DNA of 63,683 bases, filler included, from Lenisia limosa (GCA_001655205.1; 8 parts of 8 records of this genome joined end to end with filler, not necessarily neighbours in it); one strand, 5' to 3'. Counted from the first letter of the whole stretch, positions 24,701 to 36,725 are shown. Made by a program: numbers and translations. Notes: a model not told the origin generated them from the sequence alone.

Positions 24701-27221
24701 TGTAGATTGAGATTCAAACCAACTCGACGGAATGGATCAACCTGGCCAACTTGAATGACGAGGACTTTGCTGGAAGGTGCCGCATCTACAACGACACATG
24801 GTTCTTTGAGGTTTGCTGAAGCAATTTACCTTTTCATCACAGAGTAATAGGACATTTTACCTATTATTGTACACTGTGTCCTATTTATTATTTACCACTT
24901 TGCAGGGCAACTATGCCATGTCTAACGGGCGATGTACCTTCAAAGACTATCCTGCAGGACTCGAGGGTCACTTGAATTTCACAATCGTTTACGACAAGCT
25001 CGCCTTTGACTCAGCTGTATGATGGGAATTCAAATGCATGAGAATTTTTTGTTACCTCATATCTTGTATTTATTGTGAATGGGTGGATAGACTTTAGTCA
25101 TGGGTTCATATCCAGCCTCAATCTTCAGTTATAGGTTTAACGTTTTAGGTTACCCAGCTTCCATACACTGAGCTCTATTTCTACGCGCATCCTCTTGTGA
25201 CAGGTTTCTCCCCTGGTCTATGCAATATGACAGAGTAAGCACTTGCTCTCATGCAGGTAAAGGTCACACTTCCAGCATCTCACACCGCTACATTGTGCTG
25301 CCGGATATGACGGCGGTCACGGAACCTTTTATGACATACTGCATCACTATCGATAAGCCCCTTTTCCCCTTCGCAGAAACTAAAGAATTTTGGCCAGGTT
25401 GGCAGAGTTTCCGAGTAAAAGAAGTTCATGTCTTACCTCTTTGTATTTTTATTGTTTCAGCTGAACTTACGACCTTGCATTGGGGCTTGGTCTTGTTATT
25501 GGTAAGCCTTTGAGTGAATTTAAAAGTTACCTGTATTTTGCAAATCGTAAGTAGTTGTGACTGCTATTAATTATATATCATATCCACGGATATTCAAGTC
25601 ATCATTCTCTTTGTTTTTAATCCTGGAAGAGCGGAACCAATGGAAAAACGACTATGAACCACAACACTGATATGGCAAATATCAATGTCCTTTCTTTTGA
25701 GGTTGGTATGAACTGGACTGGGGTCACCCAATTTGCCGAAAATAATAGTCAAAACCGAGTGGTTGTTACTATTTCGATGAACATGGCATGGTACATATTA
25801 GCTAACCATTATAGGTTGAAGTTCACCTCACATTATTCAAGAATAGAGATCAAGTTGCAGTAAGGTACGTTGTTGTCATATTTTGGGGTTTGAAATACAC
25901 TTTACCAATTTTAGGTGTAACAACAATCACAATGATGATGTTGAATACTTCCCAACAGATCTAACAGTTGTGGACATAGCAGCGAAAACGTTCATCGGCC
26001 CTAAAAAGGTAGGTGTCTGAAGATATGGTGAAAGTAAAAAAAAAATCTGGTTGTGCTAAGGGTTTCACTTCTGTTGAAAAATTCCGGAAAATATAAATGG
26101 TTTTCGAGGATTTATCGAGATATTTAGTCATTTGTTGAACCGAAGTGAAGCCCTAGTGTGCTCCCTCCCAGGAGCACACGCACTATATCATAAGATGTTG
26201 TTTTTTTTATTTCCCCTCAGGTTTACACGACTATTAACGACTATTTACCGTATGCGTTCACAGTCTCACCACCTCTCTTTGATGAAGTGTCTTGTCAAAT
26301 TATTGGTATGCAGAAGAGTTGTAAGGCAAATGATTGGTGAATTAATATTACTATACTATAATCCAATATCTCTTATAAGNNNNNNNNNNNNNNNNNNNNN
26401 NNNNNNNNNNNNNNNNNNNNNNNNNNNNNNNNNNNNNNNNNNNNATATATTGGGCTTCACCTCGGTTCAAAAATAGACTGAATTTCTCAATAATTCTTCG
26501 ATAAATATCGATATTTTATCAGTCTTTTTCGAACCGAAGTGAAGCCCTTGTGTAATATGCAGAAGGGGGGATATGTTTGGTCTACTATTCCTTGGGTGAC
26601 TATCCATAATGCTGTGTGCTTCCTTATAGCATCAGAAGAGGCAACTGAGCTTTTCCGGTTGTTTTTTATTGCCGATTCCAAACTTATATCAGTTTTCGAC
26701 GTTGTGATTAGGGCTTTACTTCGGGTTCGAAAAAAGAGTCAATTTCTCGATAAATCCTCGAAAACTATCGATATTTTCCGAACCTAAGTGAAGCCTTAGT
26801 TGTGATTTATCTCTAGTTGCCCCCGTCGACACGTTGGCAGAGTCGCTGTATTCCCTGTACTCGGATACATTGAACGAGATCGTCCATTCTGCTGGTTCTG
26901 TGGCCGTTAATGTTTGATGGGATGATCAACCATATTGACCGTTGACGGCCTTATTGCGTTGTTTATTCTGTATTACGTATTTGTTAGATCATAGAATTTG
27001 TAAGTCTCTGTGTTTGACATCACTACTGCGCATTGACATGGGTATCCCATATAATTTTATGGAAATTGCAATGCGCCGTAGTGATCCAGATTCACATGGC
27101 CATTCTTGACCATTCTTAACGTTTTCAGCTAACCGCCCATTACGAACACTTTACCGATGCGGGATTTAACGAGAACCAGTCCTTTGAGAACATTTGGCCA
27201 AGCGGCGCTGTGTCTTCGTGA
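21750..27221 (+). CDS. Large probably extracellular multi-exon protein with a Cys-rich EGF-like segment (may be two genes)
   Basis: Exons ECSTGYIDDGVGPHCSCAAGYA, IEIQTNSTEWINLANLNDEDFAGRCRIYNDTWFFE|GNYAMSNGRCTFKDYP..., several N-x-S/T sequons; last exon LTAHYEHF...WPSGAVSS*. Confidence 0.55.
22479..22573. mobile_element. MITE family A, variant-TIR subfamily (TAGCGCTTCCCTACGGTCC)
   Basis: Same core ctcgataaatcctcgaaaaatatcgata, but termini tagcgcttccctacggtcc / ggaccgttgggaag, which are inverted repeats of each other; right end runs into an N gap. Confidence 0.8.
22809..22854. repeat. Short inverted repeat related to family B
   Basis: cagtggccaga ... tctggccactg (11-bp perfect TIR). Confidence 0.5.
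23767..23815. mobile_element. MITE family B, degenerate short copy
   Basis: cagtgatcggaaataacggctaagactatcatggtcact. Confidence 0.45.
23851..24554. mobile_element. Non-autonomous TIR element family D (~650 bp), copy 1 (internal gap)
   Basis: cggacatcattcaaaattcccggacacatcaaaactcccggacagcttga at the left and its inverted counterpart at the right; interior near-identical to 47605-48248. Confidence 0.9.
26058..26155. mobile_element. MITE family A copy (intronic)
   Basis: aagggtttcacttctgttgaaaaa...ttttcgaggatttatcgaga...gaaccgaagtgaagcccta; flanks gttgtgct / gtgtgct. Confidence 0.8.
26310..26379 (+). repeat. Repeat family E, partial copy in intron
   Basis: gcagaagagttgtaaggcaaatgattggtgaattaatattactatactataatccaatatctctt matches the E core; ends at an N gap. 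Confidence 0.75.
26450..26549. mobile_element. MITE family A copy
   Basis: ttgggcttcacctcggttcaaaaa...tttttcgaaccgaagtgaagccctt. Confidence 0.85.
26709..26798. mobile_element. MITE family A copy with perfect 8-bp TSD
   Basis: GTTGTGAT (26701-26708) + tagggctttacttcgggttcga...ccgaacctaagtgaagcctta + GTTGTGAT (26799-26806). Confidence 0.9.
27021..27083. mobile_element. MITE family C, short copy
   Basis: at + cactactgcgcattg ... caatgcgccgtagtg + at. Confidence 0.75.
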
Positions 27222-27233
27222 GAGGGCTGGTTG

Positions 27234-27333
27234 TGAAGCTCCACTTTGGTTCGAAAAAAAACGGATTTTCTCGATAAATCCTCGAAAACTATCGATATTT
27301 TACCAGTATTTTTCGAACCGAAGTGAAGCCCTA
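27234..27333. mobile_element. MITE family A copy between two convergent gene ends
   Basis: tgaagctccactttggttcgaaaaaaa...ctcgataaatcctcgaaaactatcgata...tttcgaaccgaagtgaagcccta. Confidence 0.85.
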
Positions 27334-27493
27334 ACATTGATGATACTCAATAAATGAGCCCCTTCCACACATACGCGTGGTGAAACCAAAATAAATGTCA
27401 TTATTTTATCATTTTATCAGTTTTACTCCCCCCTGGGATAATAAACAACGCACCAGTTTATTAATTGTATTCCCCTTCCCCCATCCCCCCCAC

Positions 27494-28485
27494 GTGTACT
27501 CGGGATGATACTGCACGGCGCAATAGAACGGATGAACGTCGGAGGGCAGTTCAGCCACCTCCATGCGGGTCCCGGAAAGGTCACGTGCGACAAAACGCAG
27601 GCCGGCTTCTTCAAGACGATCAACATAGTCGGGGTTGACCTCATATCTAGGGGGAGTGAGCTTTTAAAGGAGGCTCTGCGAGGTCTAAATTTTCTAGAAA
27701 CAGCAACAAACACCGTCTATTATTATTTAAAGAAAATGACATCTACAATGCACCCCACCGGTGACGATGTCTCTCGAACACGGACATGCCAGGCTCCACG
27801 CCGTAGTAGCGGCCGAGAATGCTGTCATAGTCTGCACTGAAAATAGCCTCATGTGCTCCGAGCCTCATGGTGCCACTGGGGGGGGGGGGGANNNNNNNNN
27901 NNNNNNNNNNNNNNNNNNNNNNNNNNNNNNNNNNNNNNNNNNNNNNNNNNNNNNNNNNNNNNNNNNNNNNNNNNNNNNNNNNNNNNNNNGAAGCCCAGGC
28001 CAGACGCTTCTGCAGCTCTGCATCCCATCTCTCCGTAAAGTTTAGAAATCAATGACTGGAGTAAATATTATACTTATCGCGATAGTCTTGACCTCCCTGG
28101 AAAATAGGTCAAGACTGATCCCGGTCACTGTTTGTAGGGTTTCACTTCGGTTCGAAAAAAAAAGACTGAATTGTTTGATAAATCCTCGAAAACTATCGAT
28201 ATTACCATCTTTTTCGAACCGAAGTGAAGCCCTTACTGTCACTACGGCGCATTGACTTGGGATTCTTGTGAAAACGTTGGAATTCCCATATTGAACATGG
28301 GAATAGCATATGGTAATTCGAAGTAATTTATGGGATTCTCAATAATACAAGGGAAAAGCTCACCCCAAATCGGACGACTCGCAGGGCATAATCGCAATCA
28401 CGGGGTGGGGAGTGTCTTCGTTAATTTCAGCCGTGTGAGCGTCCTCCAAACCGGCCACGTGACGCGCAAATTCGATTGTCAGAAC
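27494..28485 (-). CDS. CTPS: CTP synthase, C-terminal glutamine amidotransferase exons (partial)
   Basis: [30 protein letters not shown]...LG|GTMRLG...FERHRHR|[19 protein letters not shown]...[11 protein letters not shown] (His-Pro-Glu of the catalytic triad). Confidence 0.92.
28050..28130. mobile_element. MITE family B copy
   Basis: caatgactggag ... aagactgatcccggtcactg; right end matches the 19500 copy. Confidence 0.65.
28135..28234. mobile_element. MITE family A copy in CTP synthase intron
   Basis: tagggtttcacttcggttcgaaaaa...tttttcgaaccgaagtgaagccctt. Confidence 0.88.
28240..28345. mobile_element. MITE family C, partial copy
   Basis: cactacggcgcattgacttgggattcttgtgaaaacgttgga is near-identical to 1119-1163 and matches the reverse complement of the interior of 1880-2024. 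Confidence 0.7.
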
Positions 28486-28648
28486 CTGGGGGGGTAAGAT
28501 GGGGAAAGTTTTTTTTTTATGGGGGTTTATCCATTTAAGCAATTACGAAACAACCACAAAACCCCGAATCTCCATCATACAGCCCTCATCAATCTCGCCG
28601 CACTACCACCAATAGATCCCGAATCTCCATCATACAACCATTTTTATA

Positions 28649-28691
28649 CAGTGACTGGGCTAAGTCTTGACCGATTTAAGACTTATCCCGG
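28649..28691. mobile_element. MITE family B, short copy truncated by the spacer
   Basis: ta + cagtgactgggctaagtcttgaccgatttaagacttatcccgg. Confidence 0.7.
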
Positions 28692-29030
28692 NNNNNNNNN
28701 NNNNNNNNNNNNNNNNNNNNNNNNNNNNNNNNNNNTTAATTAATTAANNNNNNNNNNNNNNNNNNNNNNNNNNNNNNNNNNNNNNNNNNNNCCCAAATCA
28801 ACTCTGTTGACTGACAAACACACGAGGGTTGATAAAAATACAACAAGGCCTTGGGGGGGTGTGAAGTTTCATGATCCAAACCTACATATTGCTAGGAATC
28901 TGTGCAATTATCAAGAAATAATTAACAAAATTGAAATAACACATTCCAATACTCTACTTCCACCAACCTCCGTCGCTCCCCAAGAAGTCAATGGAGAGAT
29001 ATGAGCGCTTCGTGATTCCCTAAAAAGTGA

Positions 29031-29088
29031 CATTGCTTCTGTGCCCACAGCTTCCTGTGTGCCTCCTCGGCATACTATGATATAATAG
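29031..29088 (-). repeat. Repeat family E, partial inverted copy
   Basis: Reverse complement gaggaggcacacaggaagctgtgggcacagaag matches the 5' end of copy 2. Confidence 0.65.
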
Positions 29089-29099
29089 TTGCCCTCAGA

Positions 29100-30230
29100 C
29101 AAACCTCGTGGTACATTGCAATTAAGAAGGATTTGAGGCTCTCAGGAAGAAGATTTCCATAACTCCTCAGGTGAATCTCCCCAGATCCTCTCATACAGTG
29201 TCCAAAGGCTCCCGTGAAACCTGGTGACTCCCTGAACCATCACCACAAACAAACATTTCATTATTTGGAAGACAATGCCCGGGTTTTATTGTAGATGTTG
29301 TGAGAATACTTTGTGGAAGCAATGAAACATATCGGATTTATCAAAAGGCTCTAATTTGCTGGAAGTGCTGTCGGAATTTCGTACACCAACCTCGTAATAT
29401 TGGGCAGCGTGGCGGTTTCAGAGTCTGTGGTGAGTAAACAAACGATAAACTTGATCAAATAATATGGAAACTTTTTGGACGTTACCTTCATCAAAATTAT
29501 CACGAAAGTAACCTTTAACACTACCATCATCATCATCACTATCACCAACCTATCAGCAACAAAGATGAAGGTGAGGCCATGGGTTTGACTTCAACATCCA
29601 TTAGCTGAACATCTGAACGAGTCACAAAACAGTGGCCACAGTGAACACTTGGAGCTTCCTTACAGCACCTCTGATATACACAAATATTATCAGATACTAT
29701 ATTGAATTATCTGTGCAACTTTAGAACTACAAAAAAAATTCCCATTGTAACAACAAAGTTTGATATTTGCAAGAAAGAAGACAATGTAAACCCACCAAAT
29801 TCCACCACCCGACATACCTGCATCGCTTGAGGTATTGAACGTAATCAAAGCACAATCGACTGGGAGACTTACACTGTTTTGGTCAACTCAAATTGTCTAA
29901 AATTTCTCCTCTCTATTAGTCAAAGCACAAGCCTCTGTTACACTTCTTCTTACTTTAATATAAAAGAAGTCTTTAACACTTTGATATTCTCTATCTTCCT
30001 CACCATGGCCCCATAAAAAGCATAATTAAGCCTTTCATCGCACATTGAGAGGTGCTTTTTACCCAGTATTTACCAGTTGCTTCTTTTCGTAAAGTTCCCT
30101 TCTCCCCCAGCTGCTTCTAACCTTTGCTGAGTCCAAGTGGATGTGGTGTTGAAGCCAGCAACAAACTCTCCATCGCATAACACTGCCATCTCAGACGTGT
30201 CATCTGCTGGTTGAGTTACATCATATATTT
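29100..30230 (-). other. Possible degenerate or unresolved spliced coding region
   Basis: Exon-like pieces with good donors (GHGEEDREYQSVKDFFYIK|gtaag; VDCALITFNTSSDA|gtatg), but I could not build a consistent frame. Confidence 0.2.
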
Positions 30231-30650
30231 TAAGAGGTATATTGGTCATTAAAAATGATTTTTATAAAAGATTAAGGAATATGAGGACCATAATAATAGG
30301 TGATTTGGTGAGGTATAATTTATAGAAATTAGGGTTAGTATCTGGTCAATGCGATCCATCAGACCATTACACTGACCAGATTGTAGCGTACGAGGTTACT
30401 TGATATAACAAACGTCTTATGTAATTCGTTATTTGAGAGGTTAAAATAAGAGGGACTAGAAAGGCCAAAACAAACTTAAATAGAATCATCTGCTGCGTAG
30501 ATAACAATTATATGTTACAGGGCGTTTATCATGATAAAAAGAACATAATAATATCAGATATATATATATATGAAGAATAAACAGGTCAAAAGCAAAAGTT
30601 TTGTTTGTTTGTAACAGTTTCCTATCGGTTACCTCTTCAAAAAATAAAAT

Positions 30651-30702
30651 CACCATTGGTGTTGGTGCGCAAAACAGTATTCACCATTGGTGTTGGTGCG
30701 CA
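30651..30702. promoter_or_regulatory. Duplicated 21-nt element containing a reverse CCAAT box, upstream of the 30738 ATG
   Basis: caccattggtgttggtgcgca at 30651-30671 and 30682-30702; function inferred only. Confidence 0.3.
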
Positions 30703-30737
30703 CGTACTGCCAAAAACATTCAGGTCTCCGTACCTCA

Positions 30738-31104
30738 ATGTCACCTAATCAATTCCCAATTGATGACGAAGTAGTTCAGATTGTCTTTGAGACGAAGATT
30801 GTTGCGACTCTGCATTTCAGAGACAAGCGCCGAAGGGTTCAGGTACTTCGAAGATGAATACAATGAGCAGAAGACAAATAACTTTCATGACCTTCTTGCT
30901 CTCGCTTCAGCTAACCCAAAAGTTGGGAAAAAGTTCCCCGAGGGACTTCGTACCGCAACAACTGGTGTCACAGTCTTGGATGATGTGATCTATCGTGATT
31001 CTTCTCGTGACGACAGACACCCGGACTGGCTAGCGTCAACCTGCTTTTTCGTGGAGTTCGAAAAGCCTTTGAAACGTGAAGAATTTTCAAAGAAAGTGAG
31101 ATAG
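30738..31104 (+). pseudogene. Frameshifted coding-like segment of unknown family
   Basis: MSPNQFPIDDEVVQIVFETKIVATLHF... overlaps a +1 frame ...RYFEDEYNEQKTNNFHDLLALAS...FFVEFEKPLKREEFSKK; no intron restores the frame; downstream sequence to ~32600 is coding-like but stop-ridden. Confidence 0.3.
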
Positions 31105-34026
31105 GATGATTCAATGGGACCTTTTCTGGTTAGGTACAGCAGTTTCTTTGATGACACCTGATACTGATACTTAAAAATTACTCTCTGCTGAAAGGCCTGA
31201 TAAAAAGGGTGTCTTAGTTGCCCGTTTTGATAGGGTTCGCAAGATTTGATTTAGACTTGTGCATCTTGGACAGAATACAGTGTTCGCATTTTGATCCTCG
31301 CAATAGAAGAGAGAGAGGTTAGGCTAGGGTTATCAAAGACTGCAAGAGCTCTATTTTTGAGCGACAACCCTAGCCTTGGACTCCAACCTCAGCCTTAATG
31401 GGCACTGCAGCAACTGATAGTCTAAACTGATCTTGCCAGAAGATCCTTATCTCCTTAAAGGATGCGAAAAGCACCCTTTGATGCCATCCAGCTTTCAATC
31501 ACCCATCTAGAGCATTTATCGACTGTAATGATGCAAACTATTTATAGATCAAGCCGTCAAAAAATATGAAAATCCAGGGAATTGAGCGGGTTGTGATATG
31601 TCTCCGCCTGCTGAGCGTGGTAGTTCCCTTCCCCAATTGCTGTTGCTGCTTTTCGTACCGTCTCCTCTTGGTGCTCGATCTCCCCTCCCCCCTCCTGCTA
31701 TTGCTGCTTCTCCTTCTCCCGGTACTCCATCCCCTAAGCCCGCCGAGGCCAAAAAGCGCAAGACCAAGACGCTTTTGATCAGACCATTCAAGTAGAATAC
31801 AATGGCAAACAAGCTGTTACCCCTTCACCCTTGAAGGCTGATATGTAAGTGGGCGGGTTACTATCCCATTTTCTTTTTAAGTTTATTGTCAGTTTCAAGA
31901 CATAATGTAATTGTAACAGTGGAGAAGAACTTGATCGTGAAATGCTGGAAATGATCAAGCTTTCCAAGAAGAAGCTCGTCGCGAAAATGTAGGCTACCAA
32001 CGTCAACACCGATCTGAAGGGAGAATTATGATGTGAATGCTCGCTATTTTTCTGGTTTTGTGAGTGTTTTGTCAAGGGTCAAAGTAGCGACTCTTGAAAG
32101 GATGGATCTGTTGTTCCCAATACTTTGTTTTTAGTTCCTTTGACAGTATTATCCCCCCCCCCCCGNNNNNNNNNNNNNNNNNNNNNNNNNNNNNNNNNNN
32201 NNNNNNNNNNNNNNNNNNNNNNNNNNNNNNNNNNNAAAACAATTCACCAAAAAATACTCAAAAGATTGCATACAATGAAGCTATTTCAATGCGATCCGAA
32301 ATGCAGTCGACCCTACCTTGCCATGTGTGTTTGTTGTCTCATTGCTCTCATTTTTTTCACGCCTTTAGTTTCATTTTTCCCATTTTTACCAGAATCTCGT
32401 GATGATGACGAATGGCCTTCTTCTTTTGGTGGGTTATGAACCGATCATTTCGAGTGCAAAAAGTTGACTAAAGTTCTCATGCTTCTCAGCCTACCAACAA
32501 GGCGAATAAAGGCCCGGGAAATGGCCCAATGTGGACTCTTCCCTGGAGGACTTGAGGATGGAACGCTCTTCATCGGGCTCATCAAGACCATATGGCCCCT
32601 TATCAAAGAAAAGTATGCGTAGATTAATAATAACGTGATTAACTTAGATACTTCGAATTAAAAAAGAACTCGGTCAAGGTGAGACCTTTTGCATCTTTGC
32701 TGTTCCCTCGATCTTCCGCGATGGTGCTCGCATATTTGTGTTCCACTATACCTCTTTTGAGATTACGATCTTCACTAACCTCATGATGCAGAGTGTAAGT
32801 GGCCAGAATATCGTGTTTTTCGTGATTTAATATGTGTTGCTATCTGTGAGAATGCCCGAAGTCCAGGCTGAAATTCTCTTGAATAGCTATCTGTGTCAGA
32901 TCGTATATTATAATTTAAGATGCCCTTCTTTACCCAGGCCGCTTAGAAGTCATAGTTCATGAGCCAGTAGTAGTTCTATTGTTTGTTCGTTTTGATCCAA
33001 AAAAATAACATCTTAATGATATTAACTCCTTTATGAAAAAAAGAGAGGAAACACAATCTTTATAAAAGGTATACTATTCAAATTGGCAAGTCATACTTCG
33101 CGATCAAATGACAAATTGGAACAGAATTATTTATGATTAGTTGATAATTGCGCTCATATGATGTTGTAGCATACCAAAATTATACCACCCATCCTACTGG
33201 CTTTCAATCTGAAAGTAACCACATCAAAGCTGGCTGTATGTACAGGAGGAACTCGGAGTGAGATCATCCTGTACGAGGGGGATGGGGGGTCAAACTGAGA
33301 ATATATAAAAAAAAACCATAAATCAACTGTGGTGGAGGTAAAATGAAGGAAATGTCGATGAAGAAGTAAATTGGGGAAAGTTATAAATTTGAAGAATATA
33401 AGATTGAATATGAATAAAAGATATATTATTGCTCAATACACAAAGCTAAAACATGAAACGTGACATTGAATGGGAATAAAAATTCAGACAATAGTGTTTT
33501 ACCTTGGATGTTGAGGGGCAAATGAAAAGGCGTTATACGGGAGTTGGGAATCCTAAAGAAATAATAAATCAACTCGAACATACTCGATCGATATCATGAT
33601 GAGGTGTTGTAATTATGAGGGGAGGGGGGGTAAAAATGGAAAATATACGTAAAAAAATAAAACAATCCAGAATCCGGGAAACACACAGAGTTGGATAAAA
33701 AAAAAACAAAGCCGAGGCCAGCCTTCTGCAGCACTGCATCACTCCAACTTTGAAGCTTTGGATTTAGAGTGCCCCCACAGCTTACAACGAAAGATCCAGA
33801 CCAATATGCGGAAGGGCTTGCGCCCATACGGGGCTTGAACGTGGGGAAAACACTCAGGTGAGAACAGAGACTCAAGCCGGATATCAGNNNNNNNNNNNNN
33901 NNNNNNNNNNNNNNNNNNNNNNNNNNNNNNNTTAATTAATTAANNNNNNNNNNNNNNNNNNNNNNNNNNNNNNNNNNNNNNNNNNNNGTGAGCCCTGTAC
34001 TCTTCTCATCCCCCCCTCCCCCCCAG

Positions 34027-34221
34027 GTTGCGGTATTGGAAGAAGCCAATGGCATGGTAACCCGCGAGAGGGACCGCCTCCAGGTACCAGGGTGTATGGT
34101 ATAGAACCTGAGGGAATACGGGGGGATACGTGGATTGAAATAAATTATGGATGATATGGACGTGATATGTGAACCGCCTTCGTTCGCCTAATCACTTCAG
34201 GCCAAATTGAACCGAGACTAA
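34027..34221 (+). CDS. 3' end of a coiled-coil protein (two exons)
   Basis: ccccag|VAVLEEANGMVTRERDRLQ|gtacc ... cag|AKLNRD*. Confidence 0.5.
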
Positions 34222-34599
34222 TAAGTTAAAGTAGTTAGGAATGTATTATCTATTTGTTCACTTGGCTCTTCCTGCGTAATGGTGGGCCTTCCTTTCATTC
34301 GAAACAATTCAATTGGAACGCTCTTCCACATAAAACAACTACTAGAAATCAAATCAAAAAAACACAGACAAAGTCTAAAAACGAAACAATAGTCTACAAA
34401 TAGTCTATATGACCTGGTCACAAGTATTACTGTACAAAGCGGACTGCTTGTCAAAAAGCAAAAACAGACGCTCGGCTGAATTGTCAAGAAGAAAGAAAAT
34501 CTGAATAGAATGAATCAAGGAGGAAAGATTGGTAGTGTTGTAGCTACTGAATCTGTCGGGATTGATGAAAGCCTTTATAATAATTCACGCCGCTGGCTT

Positions 34600-36400
34600 T
34601 CTTCCAGGAACGACATTTTGAGTTGGTTGAGTGCCAAGTATCAACAGCGGTTGAACGCCTCGTTTTTGAGTGGGTGTGGAAGAATTTGTAAAAATAGCAG
34701 GTGTGTTCCTTTCTTTGTCCAAGCTTTCCTTCAAAAAGCCTGCTTCTTGGGAAGACTGTCTTGAAATTCGAAAGCTGAAAACGTCTTTTTCTATTCGCGG
34801 CTCAAAGGATGTTATCAGTCAACGCTGGAACTGTTCAGATTTCTGCATGATTATGGCGGTTCAGCTGTTGTTGTCACAGGAAGGGAAACTCTGAGCAGGA
34901 TAAGATATTGGGAAGCCTCAATTCAACAAGGAATATTCGAGCGTTATGTGGCATATGCCAGGGTCAATATGGAACAATTAAGAATTGGAACACAAAGGGG
35001 CGGGGCGGGACGCGGCTTTTNNNNNNNNNNNNNNNNNNNNNNNNNNNNNNNNNNNNNNNNNNNNNNNNNNNNNNNNNNNNACCACGTGCTGCCTACTCCG
35101 CCGGACCGCCTATTTATCTTATTTCTTCTTGAGTTTAGAGAGCTATCTTTGAAAACACTATGCTTGAGTTTTGGACTGTTTCACTTGCTTTATATTCTTT
35201 ATATCGACAGTCTTAGTTGAAACACCTATACATTTTGTATGCAATCCTCATTTTAACTCAATACATGTCTAATATTCCCTTTGGTCAATTATTCATGAGT
35301 GTTTCTGGGTTTCCAGGACACAGTTGTGGCGATGAGGATTTAAGGTACCACTATGTTTGCTGGCAGCTTGTCTTCCGTACCCTCAAAATGGTTTTGTGTT
35401 TTATAACCTTTGTATAAATATATTCGAAGTTAATGGACCTGAGACAAAAATCATCGGTAATCGAGGTATTGAACTAAGGTTTGTTTTGGTTCACTTTGGG
35501 ATATATTGGATAGTTTGTGCCCGTCGATCCATGACCTTCCTACCAACCTCAAATCTCCGGCTCTCAATGCAGGAGGTGTGTGGGACAGTTGCCCTTAGCA
35601 TTATCCCGCGTACACAGCGATTTCATCCGTTGTTTTCTGGGCATCCCTTGCATTAATGCATGTTACCAGAGCAGGGAGCTAGGAGCGAAAGTCGGTTTTG
35701 CCACAAAAGCAGTACTGTCAAAATACAAGGTTTACCCCACACCTACAATGAACCAATCGCCAACCTGCAAGGTTTGACTGGTTTGCATCGTGATTTCTCC
35801 AGATTTTTCGAGCAATGTGCAGGCGTTGCAAATCCCGTTTATGCAAAGTACGCTGGGATCCTCTACTGTTACACCAACTTTGTTATCAAAACCTTTGTTG
35901 CATATGATATGGTTTAAAGATGACACACGCTCTAGAAGGTCACGGTGTCCGATTCAGATCGTTTGCGCTTATTGATTTCCCCCCTTTTCCTTATTTTGGA
36001 ACTTTATCATCGTCAGTCAATAGTTTACCACTTGACACTTAGAAAGTGCTCGTTCTCTGCACCAATGGCAGCCGCCCGATTTCAGATGTCTTCAGATCTT
36101 TGGTTTGAGTCTCTTATTCTCTTCAGCTACTGTATTTTGGAGGATTTATGTTCCGCGCTCCACTTACAGCTGGAGTTGACTGCCGAGGAGGAGAGATTCA
36201 GAAACAAATGCGTGGCGGAGTCAGTGGAAGGTATCCCAGAAGAGGCGGTGAAATATTTAAGGTGAGAGATGTTATTCATCCCCAATCATAATTGCATAGC
36301 GTAGAGACGCATGAAGGAAAGACCTTTCCAACCAGGGATATAATCTGACAAAAGAGATGTTGGAATGGCGATGACATTTGGTTTAGCCATCCGTGGACGT
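34600..36400 (+). CDS. Hypothetical enzyme-like multi-exon protein (approximate)
   Basis: Exons STLELFRFLHDYGGSAVVVTGRETLSRIRYW..., FCHKSSTVKIQGLPHTYNEPIANLQ|, RFFEQCAGVANPVYAKYAGILYCYTNF..., LELTAEEERFRNKCVAES; VVVTGR is only weakly HAD-like. Confidence 0.4.
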
Positions 36401-36725
36401 ATGAAGGGATGAAAATAGCTATGGTGATTAATAACAAACAAAATCACTTACTCATTAGATAGGTACATTTGATTATTTCGACGTACTCAACCCTTACTTG
36501 ACAACCTTGCACAGCGTATTGCAACTTCTTTGTAGGTTTTGGGAATATTTTCCCCAAGAATAAGCAGGTCTGTTTTTTCTGCAGTAAAGTCTCAATAAAG
36601 ATCCGCCCGCTGTTTTAAGGTCCTCTATGTTGCAGTGCTGAAATTATATATACTCGTAACGTTTTGGTAGCGTTGTTACTTTCATTCGTAATACAACTGT
36701 TGCTCACTTCTTGGGGAATAGTGTT

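Noticed and set aside
27505-27840. Plus-strand [17 protein letters not shown]... from the ORF track
   Set aside because: Antisense shadow of CTP synthase exons on the minus strand.
26058-28234. MITEs as introner-like elements that create introns
   Set aside because: Where I could place splice sites, the elements lie inside larger introns and their ends do not coincide with GT/AG boundaries.
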